IMG/VR virus record: IMGVR_UViG_2861295632_000001
Strand: one strand, 5' to 3'
From: a virus
Lineage: Duplodnaviria; Caudoviricetes
DNA: 64,000 nt
The position numbers and the translations under genes were made by a program. Below, piece after piece: positions 18,117 through 27,944 of this stretch; the first letter of the stretch is position 1, and each line of letters starts with the position of its first letter. A model generated the notes under the pieces. That model searched no databases, was not told where the DNA came from, and saw only the letters and a list, made by a program, of their open reading frames with translations.

Positions 18117-19635
18117 CGGACAACCGGTCAGCAGCGCCCGCGAGGCCAGCGACGGGCCGACCGCCCAGCTGCGCGGCGCCAGCATCCCCGCGAACCCGAC
18201 CATCCTGGATACCGCCGCCGGGATGGACCCCGGCCTGCGCGGTGGCTGGACCTACGCGGACGGCGGCGGCCGCCCGGCCCTGCGCGCCGGGCGCTACGGG
18301 GTCAACCGCGAGGCCGAACGCCTGCGCTGCCGCAGCGTGTACTTCCTCAACCCCCTCTTCCAGGCCGCGATGCGAATCGCCACCTCCTTCCTGATCGGCG
18401 ATGCCTTCACCTACGGCGAGGTGCAGGACAAGACCGCCCGCCTGGGCCTGGAGGAGTTCTGGCAGGCCAACAACCTCGGCACCCTGATGAGCGAGCGCTG
18501 GCTCACCGAGTTCTTCCTCGACGGCGAGAACGCCACGGTGTTCCCGACCGGGGACGCCGACCCTGGAGCAGACGCCCCTGCCCGCATCGGCTTCCTCGAC
18601 CTGGAGGCCGGGGTGCGCGTCGAGAGCGACACGGCCGTCGGCACCACGGCGTCGGACATGGTCACCGCCCTGCACCTGCGGCAGAACCTGCGCGAGCGCA
18701 CCTGGGACCGGGGCCAGTTCGTCTGGACGGCCAACGACGCGCTCTGGAACGACCCGCGCGGCTTCCCGCTCGTCTCCGGCGCTGTGGACGCGGCCATGGC
18801 GTACATCGCGCTCGCCAACCACCGCCTCAACATCCACGAGGTGCAGCAGCGCGTTGTCGGCATCTACACCGCGATGCTCAACCCCAGCGAGCCCGACGGC
18901 GGGGAAGCGAAGTGGCGCATGAAGGCCGCCGCGTTCCGGCACATGCCGCCCAAGGGCGCCATCGTCCCCCTGATCACCAAGCCGGGGCACGTGGACAAGG
19001 AGGGCAACCGCTACGACGGCGTGACCGAGAAGCTGGAATTCCCCAGGCCCGCGAGCGGGGCGAGCGACGCCGCGTCCGACATGGGCGTGTTCCTCCGGCT
19101 GGTCGGCCTGTGCCTGGGCGGTCTCCCCGAGCACTGGTTGGGAGAGGGCGGCACCGTCACACGGACCACCGCCAACAACATGAGTCTCCCAGCAGTGCGC
19201 CTCGGGCAGATGCGGCAGGCCACCGTGCGGGGCTACCTCGACCGCCTGGTGCGAACGGAACTGCTGCGCCGCTGGCCGGGCCGCCTCTACACCGTGTACA
19301 CCACCAGGACCAGCGCAGACGGCCTCACCCGCGTCCGGTCCCGCCAGCGGCTCCCGGCTGAGCGGCTGGAGTTCCCCTGGGTGCTGCCCTCGATCACTGA
19401 GGAGAGCCTGGAGACGACGCTGCGCGTGGTCACCGCGATGGCCGATCGTGGCTGGATCAGCGACCAGACCGGCGCGGGACGCCTGGGTGCCGACGTGCCC
19501 ACCGAGGTCGAGCTGATGGCCGCCGCCGGACGAACGTTCGGCCAGGCCCGTACTCCTATCCCACCGCCAGGAGGTGAACCAAATGCACGACCAGAACCAG
19601 AACCCACCGACCCCACTGCGGGAACCAGCGCCTGA
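18085..19635 (+). CDS. portal protein
   Basis: ~516 aa between terminase and protease; NPLFQAA, FFLDGE, GLPEHWLG..G...R.TA; exact start uncertain. Confidence 0.8.
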   Translation: MSTTTFILGPDGQPVSSAREASDGPTAQLRGASIPANPTILDTAAGMDPGLRGGWTYADGGGRPALRAGRYGVNREAERLRCRSVYFLNPLFQAAMRIATSFLIGDAFTYGEVQDKTARLGLEEFWQANNLGTLMSERWLTEFFLDGENATVFPTGDADPGADAPARIGFLDLEAGVRVESDTAVGTTASDMVTALHLRQNLRERTWDRGQFVWTANDALWNDPRGFPLVSGAVDAAMAYIALANHRLNIHEVQQRVVGIYTAMLNPSEPDGGEAKWRMKAAAFRHMPPKGAIVPLITKPGHVDKEGNRYDGVTEKLEFPRPASGASDAASDMGVFLRLVGLCLGGLPEHWLGEGGTVTRTTANNMSLPAVRLGQMRQATVRGYLDRLVRTELLRRWPGRLYTVYTTRTSADGLTRVRSRQRLPAERLEFPWVLPSITEESLETTLRVVTAMADRGWISDQTGAGRLGADVPTEVELMAAAGRTFGQARTPIPPPGGEPNARPEPEPTDPTAGTSA

Positions 19636-19738
19636 CCAGCAGGACCGCCCCACGAAAGAGGTAGGCGGGAAGCCCCGTCAGCCCAAGCGCGTGAAGCGCG
19701 AGCAGGTCACGGAGCGGGAGGTGCTACGCGAAGCGTAA
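19583..19738 (+). CDS. small hypothetical protein (51 aa), missing from the ORF track
   Basis: AGGAGGTG SD, ATG 19583, MHDQNQNP...EVLREA*. Confidence 0.45.
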   Translation: MHDQNQNPPTPLREPAPDQQDRPTKEVGGKPRQPKRVKREQVTEREVLREA

Positions 19739-19782
19739 GGGTTCCCGGCCGCCACGCCCCAACTTCCCCTGAAAGGATCCCT

Positions 19783-21117
19783 ATGCCCGAGCACCTTAAC
19801 CGTTCGCCTTGCACCTCGGCCGTGTCCGTCCGCCTGCTGGAGAGCGCCCAGCCCCAGCCCGAGCAGGGAGCGTCTCTGCGCGAGAGCCGCGCTCCCGACC
19901 GCGCCCACGTCACCATCCGCGAGGAGACCCGCAACGGCAAGACCGTCACGCTGGTCGACGTCACGGTGGCGACCGCCGGGAAGATCAACCGCAACGGCCG
20001 CCTCTACACCCGCGAGGTCTGGCAGGCCGCCATCACGGCTGCCCAGGAGGACATGCAGGCCGGGAAGCTGTGGGCGCTGCTGGAACACCCCGAAGACAGC
20101 TGGGACCGCTGGGACCCCCTCAAGGGCCGCCTGGAGAACATCTGCATCCGCTACGAGTCCTTGACCCTCGACGGGAACGCGGTCAAGGCCACCGGTCTGC
20201 TGATCGAGACCGTGGCCGGACAGGACCTCAAGGCGCTGCTGGGCGGCGGCATCGCGGTAGGCGTCAGCAGCAACGGCACCGGCAGTGTGAAGTACATCCC
20301 CGCCAAGGAGGTCGCCCCGGATCATCCCGACCCCGAGGTTTACATCGGCGTCATCCAGGACGACTTCCGCCTCCTGACCATCGACATGGTCAGCGACCCC
20401 AGCGACACCAGCGGTCAGGCGCGGCAGCGGGAAGCCGCCCGGCGCCAGAAGGAGAACACCATGCACCCCAAGATCCGCGCCCTGATGGAGAAGCACGGCG
20501 TCAGCACCCTCGAGGAGCTGAAGGCCAAGGCCATGAGCGAGTACGTCGCTGCGATGGAAAGCATCGTCAGCGAGGCGACCCAGGCGCCCAGCCCCTCGCC
20601 CACGCCCGCCCCGGCACCGGCTCCTACCCCTGCCCCCGCGCCCACTCCGGCCCCCGCGCCTGCGCCTTCTCCCGCCCCGGCGCCCACGACGAACGCCGAG
20701 GGCACGCTGGAGCGCAACGTCCTGGCGCTGAACGCCCGCCTCGAAGCCAGCGAGCGCCAGGCCTTTACCGAGAAGCGCACCAACATCGCGATCACTGCGC
20801 TGGAGGCCGCGCAGCTCCCGCGCGCGCCCAAGGTCGGGGACCTGGACCTCGACGCCCGCTTCCGCGAGCAGGTCACCCAGGTCGCCATCAGCGCTCAGAG
20901 CGACGAGGAGGCGCGGCAGCTGGTGGACCAGATGATCCAGGAACGCCGGGTGCTGATGGGCGCCGCCAGCCTGCCGCAGCGCGGCCGCGCGCAGGAGAGC
21001 GCCGGACAGCGCGCGGGGGGTGTCTCCCTCCCGGGCGGCAACAACAGCGCCCCCGCCCGGCAGCTTGAGGGACACAACCCGGTCGCCAGCGTCCGCAGCA
21101 GCCTCGGCCTGAGATAA
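19783..21117 (+). CDS. prohead protease (T4 gp21/U9-like) fused to scaffold
   Basis: NRNGRLY, LEHP, GVSSNG.G, DMVSDPS; helical C-terminal scaffold after a PA/PT linker. Confidence 0.85.
   Translation: MPEHLNRSPCTSAVSVRLLESAQPQPEQGASLRESRAPDRAHVTIREETRNGKTVTLVDVTVATAGKINRNGRLYTREVWQAAITAAQEDMQAGKLWALLEHPEDSWDRWDPLKGRLENICIRYESLTLDGNAVKATGLLIETVAGQDLKALLGGGIAVGVSSNGTGSVKYIPAKEVAPDHPDPEVYIGVIQDDFRLLTIDMVSDPSDTSGQARQREAARRQKENTMHPKIRALMEKHGVSTLEELKAKAMSEYVAAMESIVSEATQAPSPSPTPAPAPAPTPAPAPTPAPAPAPSPAPAPTTNAEGTLERNVLALNARLEASERQAFTEKRTNIAITALEAAQLPRAPKVGDLDLDARFREQVTQVAISAQSDEEARQLVDQMIQERRVLMGAASLPQRGRAQESAGQRAGGVSLPGGNNSAPARQLEGHNPVASVRSSLGLR
20585..20690 (+). repeat. Pro-Ala/Pro-Thr coding repeat (linker)
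   Basis: APSPSPTPAPAPAPTPAPAPTPAPAPAPSPAPAP. Confidence 0.8.
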
Positions 21118-21134
21118 GCCGCGCCGCCCCCGTC

Positions 21135-21169
21135 GCCCCTGCCGCCCTGCGGCCAGGGGCTTTCTTCTT
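21135..21169 (+). terminator. intrinsic terminator-like hairpin
   Basis: GCCCCTG...CAGGGGC then TTTCTTCTT. Confidence 0.55.
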
Positions 21170-21190
21170 GTCCCCACCGAGGTCACCAGC

Positions 21191-21559
21191 ATGGATACCC
21201 GCGCCCACGGCAGCCCCCAGGACGGCATCACCCTTCCTCTCGCGGTCCCCGCCAACGCCCGCAAGGGCCACCCCATCGCCATCGGCACCGGCGGCCTGAT
21301 CGGCGTGCTGATCACCGACCGCATCACCGCCGACGACCTGAAGAACCCCGCCAAGGCCAACCCCCAGGGCCTCGTCGCCGGGCAGGCCAGCGTGTTCCTG
21401 CCCGGCATCAGCATCACCCTGCGCGTGAACCTGCCCGCCGCGCTGGCGCAGGGCGCCAAGGTCTACCTCCAGCCCGACGGCTCCTACAGCGACCTGAACA
21501 CGGGCGTGAACGTGGGCTGGAAGGTCAACGGCCTCCTCGCCGTCCGCGCCAACAGCTGA
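21191..21559 (+). CDS. head decoration/cement protein (DUF2190-like)
   Basis: 122 aa between scaffold and capsid; G..IGV and GAKVY motifs. Confidence 0.65.
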   Translation: MDTRAHGSPQDGITLPLAVPANARKGHPIAIGTGGLIGVLITDRITADDLKNPAKANPQGLVAGQASVFLPGISITLRVNLPAALAQGAKVYLQPDGSYSDLNTGVNVGWKVNGLLAVRANS

Positions 21560-21614
21560 GCGCGGCCCGCCCCGGCCCTCCGCCCCCTTTCCCCACGCAC
21601 CACCAGGAGACCGC

Positions 21615-22835
21615 ATGACCGTCCAGAAACTCCGCATGGGCTACCGCGAGGCGGCCCTGCGCGGCCACATCCCCGAGGCCAGCGTCGACAAGCTCACCAT
21701 GATGACCATTCTCGAAGCGGGCATCCAGGCCTTCTACAAGGGCTACTACGGCGCCCTGCTCGACGAGCACCTCCAGAAGAGCCAGGACCTGCGGATCAGC
21801 AACCGCGAGGGCTGGGACATGGCCCTCAGTGCCCAGGACAGCGTCCTGGAAGACCTCACGGGCATTCGCTGGGCGCACCGGCAGCTCGAGACGCTGAGCA
21901 CCAGCGACTTCCTGCTGGCCCTGGCCTACACCCGCGACGCGGCGCGCAAGCCCGGGTACGCGCCTTTCGAGAGCGAGCTGCTCAAGGTCGCCCGCACCCG
22001 GACGACCAACAACTTCAAGCCGATCAAGGCGCGCGGCGCGACCAACCTGCTGCACCGCTTCCTGGCCCGGCGTCCCGAGGCGACCAACGTCCAGTACACC
22101 GGCTTCATCGGCCAGGGCGAGTTCTACAGCGGGGTCAACTATGAGTTGGCCATCGGCTACACCTGGGAGATGTACACCAACGACGAGATCGGCGAGTTCG
22201 TCGAGGCCATGGAGGAGCTGGGCGAGGCGGCGGCGCGCACCCGGGCGTGGTCCGTCATCGACGCGATTGCCCGTATGGCGCCGCGCGTGCCGCTGCTCAA
22301 CGGCGAGCAGGGGCCGACCATCCAGAACATCCAGGCCATCAAGAGCTTCATGGCGAGCCAGACCGTGGACGGGCGTTTCGTGGCCCGCACCATGACGGAC
22401 ATGTACCTGCCTCCGGCCTGGGACAGCCTGGCGTACGTCAGCCTCAACAGCCAGGCGCTGGCGGGCAGCACGACGGACGGCCTCCAGCCCAACATCAACC
22501 CGGTCTACCGGGCCGCCGCGCCTCACAACGAGCCGCTGATGGCCGAGATCTTCACGCAGGGGCCTGAGGGCAACCCCAGCTACAACGACCCGGCCGCCGG
22601 GTACGCCAACCTGAGCGACAAGGACTGGGTGGCGCTCGACCGCAACGCTCGCCCCATCGAGATCAGCTACCTCGAGGGCTTCCAGGCCGGGCCGCGCACC
22701 TACACCAAGATCCCGGACACCGTGGAACTCAACCACGGTTCGTTCGAGAACCACACGTACGCCGTGAAAGTGGGCGACGTGCACGGCGCGACGGTGTCCG
22801 AGCGCACGGCCGTCGTCATCGCCCAGGGCACCTGA
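21615..22835 (+). CDS. major capsid protein (Mu gpT-like)
   Basis: STSDF, NNFKP, TWEM..NDEIG.F, G..AART, IE.SYLEG; position and strong codon bias. Confidence 0.88.
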   Translation: MTVQKLRMGYREAALRGHIPEASVDKLTMMTILEAGIQAFYKGYYGALLDEHLQKSQDLRISNREGWDMALSAQDSVLEDLTGIRWAHRQLETLSTSDFLLALAYTRDAARKPGYAPFESELLKVARTRTTNNFKPIKARGATNLLHRFLARRPEATNVQYTGFIGQGEFYSGVNYELAIGYTWEMYTNDEIGEFVEAMEELGEAAARTRAWSVIDAIARMAPRVPLLNGEQGPTIQNIQAIKSFMASQTVDGRFVARTMTDMYLPPAWDSLAYVSLNSQALAGSTTDGLQPNINPVYRAAAPHNEPLMAEIFTQGPEGNPSYNDPAAGYANLSDKDWVALDRNARPIEISYLEGFQAGPRTYTKIPDTVELNHGSFENHTYAVKVGDVHGATVSERTAVVIAQGT

Positions 22836-22903
22836 GCCGGGCCTGAAGCCCACCTGTTGATTGAACGGGCCGGAAGCGACGCTTCCGGCCCGGGAGGACC
22901 TCT

Positions 22904-23521
22904 ATGACGAAACTCCTCACTCTCGTGCTGGCGCTGCCGTACTTCGACGGCGTCACCTGGCACCGCGACGTCGGCCAGTCGTTCGACACCTCGAAGCTCG
23001 ACGCCAAGGTGGTCGAGAAGCTGCAAACCAAGGGCTTCCTGATGACGGCGGCAGCGTACAAGGCCCGCACCAACCCGGAGGCCGCTGAGGTCCAGGCCAC
23101 CGCCGACGCGACCGCCGAGCAGTTGGTGGCCGCGCGGGAGCGCGTGACCGAGCTGGAAGGCCAGCTTCAGACGGCCAACAGCAGTCTCACTACCCGGACC
23201 AGCGAGCTGACCGAGGCGCAGCGCAAGGTGACCTCGCTGGGCGAGCAGGTCGGCAGCCTGACGACGCAACTGGGCGAGGCCACCCGCAAGGCCCAGGCAG
23301 TCGAAGAGGATGTCCAGGCGCTGGCCCAGTACCGCGAGGTGGTCGGCCCGCTGCTGCCCACCACCGAACTCCAGCCGCGCGCCCATAAGAGTCTGCTGAC
23401 TCACGGGTACTACACCGTGAAGCTGGTGCAGGCCGCCACCGACGAGAAACTCAAGGCCCTGCCCGAAGTCGGCGACACCACGGTGGAGACCCTGCGGCGC
23501 CTGTACCCGGCGCAGGGGTAA
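22904..23521 (+). CDS. coiled-coil protein with C-terminal helix-hairpin-helix motif
   Basis: Heptad stretch; ATDEKLKALPEVGDTTVETL. Confidence 0.7.
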   Translation: MTKLLTLVLALPYFDGVTWHRDVGQSFDTSKLDAKVVEKLQTKGFLMTAAAYKARTNPEAAEVQATADATAEQLVAARERVTELEGQLQTANSSLTTRTSELTEAQRKVTSLGEQVGSLTTQLGEATRKAQAVEEDVQALAQYREVVGPLLPTTELQPRAHKSLLTHGYYTVKLVQAATDEKLKALPEVGDTTVETLRRLYPAQG

Positions 23522-23524
23522 GCC

Positions 23525-23938
23525 GTGACCGCGCCTGCTCCGCTGTCCATCTCCGAGCGCCTGGAAGCGGAGATCGCCCTGACAGCCGCTGACCTGAAGA
23601 TGAGCGAGGAGGTCTACAAGCGGCGGCTCAAGCTTTGGGACCGGCTGGCCAGCCAGCGGACAGGTCTGGACAAAACGTCCGAGCAGCACTTCCAATTCGT
23701 TCTCTCCCTGGCGGCAGCAGCCTGGATCGCCGAGCTGCTGCGGGACGCTGAAAAGTTCCGCGTTGAGGGACAGGTCGAAGAGGCTCGCGACCTGCGGATC
23801 CGGATCGCCCGACTGGAGAAGATTGAGGCGGCGGCGCGAGTGGCCACGCTCCCCGCTGCCGAACCGATGGCCACGCCGGGCTCAGCCAACCCCACTCCAC
23901 TCCTGATGGCCTGGGGCGTAGACGGCGGCGAGCCGTGA
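23525..23938 (+). CDS. putative head-tail adaptor
   Basis: Position and helical 137 aa; function from synteny only. Confidence 0.55.
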   Translation: MTAPAPLSISERLEAEIALTAADLKMSEEVYKRRLKLWDRLASQRTGLDKTSEQHFQFVLSLAAAAWIAELLRDAEKFRVEGQVEEARDLRIRIARLEKIEAAARVATLPAAEPMATPGSANPTPLLMAWGVDGGEP

Positions 23939-24666
23939 CGGGGCAAGTCGACCGCATCCGCGCCCGGACGCAGGCGCTGCTGGCGAGCAAGGCCGACCTG
24001 CTCTACACGGCCAGCAGCACGTTCTCGCAGGCAGGCCTCGTGCAATACGGTCTGCGGGACCTGAACAGCGAGAACGCGGGAAGAAATGCGGTGCGGCTGG
24101 CGACCGACCCCATTCCGGCGAGCCTGCGGGTGCTGAACATCCTTCCAGGCAGCCCGCGCCCGGAGACCGGCGAATCTGCCCGCCACGGGCAGGCCAGGCT
24201 CTACGTGGGCGACTGGACGGACACGCATCCGGTCACCGGGATTGCGTTCGCTGTCTGCCGCCTGGTGGACGAGCGGGCCTACCCGCTGGTCGCCACCATC
24301 GGGACCGTGGGCTTCCGCCTGCGGATCTCGGCTCTGGGTGCTCCGGCCCTCAGCGTGAACGGGGGGAACGACCTCCAGGCGACCGCGAACGACAGCCACC
24401 GCGGCCACCTCCCGCCCGGCGTGCAGCTCCAGCCGGGCGAGGTGATCACCACGGTGGGTGGCGACCGCTACCAGGTGGTGCCGCCCGTCCAGCGCGACGC
24501 CCTGGGGGACACGGTGGGGCTGAGCTGGCAGGGCAGTGGTGCGGGTGCCCCCCGCCCCCCGCTCTCCCCGCCTGGCAGCCCCGATCCGACCCCCGGACCA
24601 GCGCCCACCCCGACTCCCAGGCCGGACGGCAGCTATGACCCCTGGTGGGACGAGGAAACGCCATGA
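23935..24666 (+). CDS. putative head completion protein
   Basis: GTGA coupling; function from synteny only. Confidence 0.55.
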   Translation: MTGQVDRIRARTQALLASKADLLYTASSTFSQAGLVQYGLRDLNSENAGRNAVRLATDPIPASLRVLNILPGSPRPETGESARHGQARLYVGDWTDTHPVTGIAFAVCRLVDERAYPLVATIGTVGFRLRISALGAPALSVNGGNDLQATANDSHRGHLPPGVQLQPGEVITTVGGDRYQVVPPVQRDALGDTVGLSWQGSGAGAPRPPLSPPGSPDPTPGPAPTPTPRPDGSYDPWWDEETP

Positions 24667-24815
24667 ACCAGCCTGATCCTCCTGATCTGCGGCGGCTCCA
24701 GCAGCTGGCCGATCGATTGGCGGCTGCGGCCGCCGACCAGCTGAGAGCCGCCCACCTCCAGCTGGACGCCGCCCGGCAGTTCGCGGCGGCTGTGGCTCAG
24801 CTTCCGAAACTATGA
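24663..24815 (+). CDS. small hypothetical protein (50 aa), missing from the ORF track
   Basis: ATGA overlaps at both ends fill the gap exactly; GAGG SD. Confidence 0.6.
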   Translation: MNQPDPPDLRRLQQLADRLAAAAADQLRAAHLQLDAARQFAAAVAQLPKL

Positions 24816-25273
24816 GCTTCGAGGTCGAGGGCGACCTGCGCGCCCTGATTCAGGACGTGCAGACGCTTCCCGAACAGCTGACCACCGGACTCAACCACGC
24901 CTGGGCCGACGAGGCCAGCAGGCGCCTGCGCGAGTACGTGGGCGGTGGCCCGGTCACCAGCTACCTGCGCATGCGCTCCGGCGCGGCCCGGGACAGCGTG
25001 CAAGCGACCTGGAATGCCCAGGGCGCCAGCCTCTCCGTTAGCGGCCCCGGCATGAACTTCCTGGAAGAGGGCGGCACCATCCGCCCCAGGAAGGGCAAGT
25101 ACCTGACCTTCCGCATCCGCGAACCCTGGGACGGCGAGCAGGCCACCGGCCCCTGGATTCGTGCGCGCCAGGTCAAGATCCCTGCCCGCCACATGGTCCG
25201 GGACGCTGCCGTGCAGGCCCTGGACACGCTGGGTGATCACCTCGACTTCATTCTGGGAGGTCTGACCGCATGA
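24812..25273 (+). CDS. neck/tail completion protein (HK97 gp10 / virion morphogenesis-like)
   Basis: RSG.ARDS, E.GGTIRP..GKYL.F, VKIPAR. Confidence 0.7.
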   Translation: MSFEVEGDLRALIQDVQTLPEQLTTGLNHAWADEASRRLREYVGGGPVTSYLRMRSGAARDSVQATWNAQGASLSVSGPGMNFLEEGGTIRPRKGKYLTFRIREPWDGEQATGPWIRARQVKIPARHMVRDAAVQALDTLGDHLDFILGGLTA

Positions 25274-25773
25274 CCGCGCCGGATGCCCTCTGGCCGCAGA
25301 ACGCTGCCCTGCTGCTGCGCCTGATCTACAAGCGGGCCAAAGCACTGGGGCCACTGCCCGAGCTGCTTCCCCGCGCCCTGCAGGACGTCGAGATCGAGGC
25401 GGGCCGCTCCGAGTTCGCGGTGGTGGACAGCCGGGAACTCGACGGCGCGGGCTGGGACGGGACCTTCCTGGTCCTGCCCCGCACCTACACCGGCTACATC
25501 GCCGTGCACTACGCCGCCGACGTCGATCAGCGCGAGACGCTCCCCGACGAGGCCCGCCTGACCACCGCGCTCGCCACCTTCACCGAGGACCCCCGGGCGC
25601 AGGCCATCCCTGGTCTGCGGCAGTTCGGGACCGTCCCCGCCCGCTGGTTCCTCAACGACCGGCCCGTCAAGTTGGAACGCCCGCTCGTGCTGACGCTGGA
25701 GCTGGAGTGGTCGCTCGACGTCGACCTGCTGATCCCCCGTGAATTCCTCACCCCCGGAGGCTCCCCCCCATGA
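25270..25773 (+). CDS. putative tail terminator
   Basis: Synteny; ATGA coupling. Confidence 0.55.
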   Translation: MTAPDALWPQNAALLLRLIYKRAKALGPLPELLPRALQDVEIEAGRSEFAVVDSRELDGAGWDGTFLVLPRTYTGYIAVHYAADVDQRETLPDEARLTTALATFTEDPRAQAIPGLRQFGTVPARWFLNDRPVKLERPLVLTLELEWSLDVDLLIPREFLTPGGSPP

Positions 25774-26057
25774 CCGAGAAGAAATCCACCGGAGACCGCT
25801 TCGAGTACACGGGCGGCACCGCCGGTCACGTCGTGATCGACGGTCAGCACGTCGCGGACGTGAAGCCCGGCGACGTGATCGAGGCCCGCGACACGGCGCA
25901 CGCCCGGCTGATCAAGAAGTCCGGCCAGTTCGAACCCACCACCAAGCGCGCCACCGCCACCCCCGGTCCCGAGCGCCTGCCCGAGATCCCGGACGCCACC
26001 GACGCCCCTGCCCCCGCTCCCACGCCTGAGGCGCCCGCCTCCACGGAGACCGCATGA
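25770..26057 (+). CDS. hypothetical structural-region protein
   Basis: GGAGG SD; ATGA coupling on both sides. Confidence 0.65.
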   Translation: MTEKKSTGDRFEYTGGTAGHVVIDGQHVADVKPGDVIEARDTAHARLIKKSGQFEPTTKRATATPGPERLPEIPDATDAPAPAPTPEAPASTETA

Positions 26058-27034
26058 CCTTCGTCGCCAACACGGCGTCCCGCAACCAGGGCCGCCGCGG
26101 ACACCTGGGACTGGCCCTCCAGGCCTCGCCCGGGACCTTCCTGCCCCCCACCCACTACCTGCGCCTGACCGGCGGCAGCGGCTTTCTTCCCGACGACCTG
26201 GAACGTATGAGCCAGGCCTTCCGCGGCACGGCCTTCGAGGCGCCCGCCGAACGCGCCGGGACCGACTACCAGGGCCGTAGCGTGAACTTCGAGGCCAGCG
26301 CCGCCGACCTGGTCATGATGCTGAAGGCCAACATGGGGATGCCGGACGCGCAGGGCGTGATCACGCCCGTGGACAGCACCCAGTGGGACAACTTCTTTCC
26401 GCTGCCCGCGATCAGCGGCCAGTGGTTCGTGCCCGGCGCGGGCCACGTCCAGTTCACCGACGGCCAGTTGCACGAGCTGACCCTGACCGTGCCCGAGCAG
26501 CGCACCGAGATGGTGACCGGCACGGCGAACTTCCACGCCGGGCGGGCGGTGCTGCACCCGGAGGGCGAGGCGGGGTTCACGCCTGCGGCCGCCGTCATCC
26601 CCAGCTACACCGGAGCCTTCGGGCGCCTGCACCACAGCGTCAAGATCGCGGGCGTGACCTACAGCCCGGACGGTGCCAGCACTGCGCGCTTCTACAACCC
26701 GGTCGAGCCGCTGCCAGCCACGGGCGAGTACGTGGACGGCTTCGCGCCCAGCGAGCAGCCCATCGGCGTGGAGTTCGGCATGGCCTGGGGCCGCCCAATT
26801 CCCTCAATTCTGGAGGCGTCCCGCACCAAAGCCTTCCTCAGCTACGTCTGGCGGCTCGCCAGCGGCGGCACCGAGGCGGCGCCCGCCAACCTGATCGAGG
26901 TGACCGCCTCGGTGCAGGTGACGGCCCGCGAGGTTCCGGTCAGCCCTGGCCGCGTACGGACCACGGCTACGTTCCGGGCGCGGACGCAGACGCCGGGCGT
27001 CAGCCCGTTCAGCATCACCGTCAAAGCCGCCTGA
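26054..27034 (+). CDS. major tail (tube) protein
   Basis: 326 aa, beta-rich, directly upstream of the chaperone/tape-measure region. Confidence 0.75.
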   Translation: MTFVANTASRNQGRRGHLGLALQASPGTFLPPTHYLRLTGGSGFLPDDLERMSQAFRGTAFEAPAERAGTDYQGRSVNFEASAADLVMMLKANMGMPDAQGVITPVDSTQWDNFFPLPAISGQWFVPGAGHVQFTDGQLHELTLTVPEQRTEMVTGTANFHAGRAVLHPEGEAGFTPAAAVIPSYTGAFGRLHHSVKIAGVTYSPDGASTARFYNPVEPLPATGEYVDGFAPSEQPIGVEFGMAWGRPIPSILEASRTKAFLSYVWRLASGGTEAAPANLIEVTASVQVTAREVPVSPGRVRTTATFRARTQTPGVSPFSITVKAA

Positions 27035-27145
27035 CCCTGACCCCTCACCCGCACCTTCCGCCACGCCACCCGCGACTCCCGGGGCGTGGCGGTCGATCAC
27101 CAGCAGCCCCGTGCGGGTGGCTGCTGACCAACGACAGGCAGGGAC

Positions 27146-27703
27146 ATGACAGATACGCTTGCACTTCTCCAGCAGCAGAACAGCCGGGAAGTCTGGCTCC
27201 TCCTAGACGCGGCCACCCAGGACGTGACGGTGGTGCGCCCCGGAACACCGGGAGCCGGACGCTTCGTGATCACGCGGGTCCCGGCCCGCGACATTCGCTC
27301 CAACCTGCTCTATGCCGCCCTGGGGCGGGACGGGTACCTGGCCTACGCGAACTGGTACAACAGCCAGGCGCAGCAGGCCCGGGCGGCCGCCGAGGGAAAC
27401 ACCCGCAAGGCGGATGACCCCGAGCCGTTCGACGATTCCTTGCCGGACGACGCCCGCTGGCGGGCACACACGGTCGCGCTGGAGGAGGCGGTCGAGGACG
27501 CGGTGCTAGCAGTCGGCCTGACCTCCCCGGAGTACGGGGCGGCGCGTAGCGTGCTGGGGGCCTACCGCTCGGTTCTGGTGCGCGAGATCGTGCAGTGGGG
27601 CCGGGAGCCTCCAGCGTGGGACCCCCCAGTGCCCCCGCCAGAGGAGGCCACGCCTGAACAGCTGGCGGCGGCTGAGGAGAACGACCTCCAGGGAAACTTC
27701 TAG
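27146..27703 (+). CDS. tail assembly chaperone (lambda gpG analogue)
   Basis: Follows tail tube; ends ...LQGNF* with a slippery heptamer. Confidence 0.78.
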   Translation: MTDTLALLQQQNSREVWLLLDAATQDVTVVRPGTPGAGRFVITRVPARDIRSNLLYAALGRDGYLAYANWYNSQAQQARAAAEGNTRKADDPEPFDDSLPDDARWRAHTVALEEAVEDAVLAVGLTSPEYGAARSVLGAYRSVLVREIVQWGREPPAWDPPVPPPEEATPEQLAAAEENDLQGNF

Positions 27704-27900
27704 AGCGCGAACTCCGTGCCGCCCTGACCCTGCATGCCATGAGCAGCGGGGGCATGGGCGGCGGGTACGGCAGCCCAGCCCTCCAGGTGGCCCTGTGCTA
27801 CCTCGACGAGCTGGCGTGGCAGGCGGCTGTCTGGACGTTCGCGCAGGGAAGATCGGCCTACCGGGAGGCCTGGGACCTGGAGCACCGGAAACGAGAATGA
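27691..27900 (+). CDS. -1 frameshift extension of the tail chaperone (gpGT analogue)
   Basis: G GGA AAC at 27691-27697; -1 frame open for 69 codons to TGA at 27898-27900 (..LLERELRAAL...LEHRKRE*). Confidence 0.75.
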   Translation, partial: GKLLERELRAALTLHAMSSGGMGGGYGSPALQVALCYLDELAWQAAVWTFAQGRSAYREAWDLEHRKRE

Positions 27901-27944
27901 CACCGCCTGGCGCCCCAGGCGGTGTCGGGTCTCCAGCAGTCGGT

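Noticed and set aside
20585-20690. Tandem repeat as CRISPR or VNTR
   Set aside because: Degenerate codons of an in-frame Pro-Ala linker; no repeat-spacer structure.
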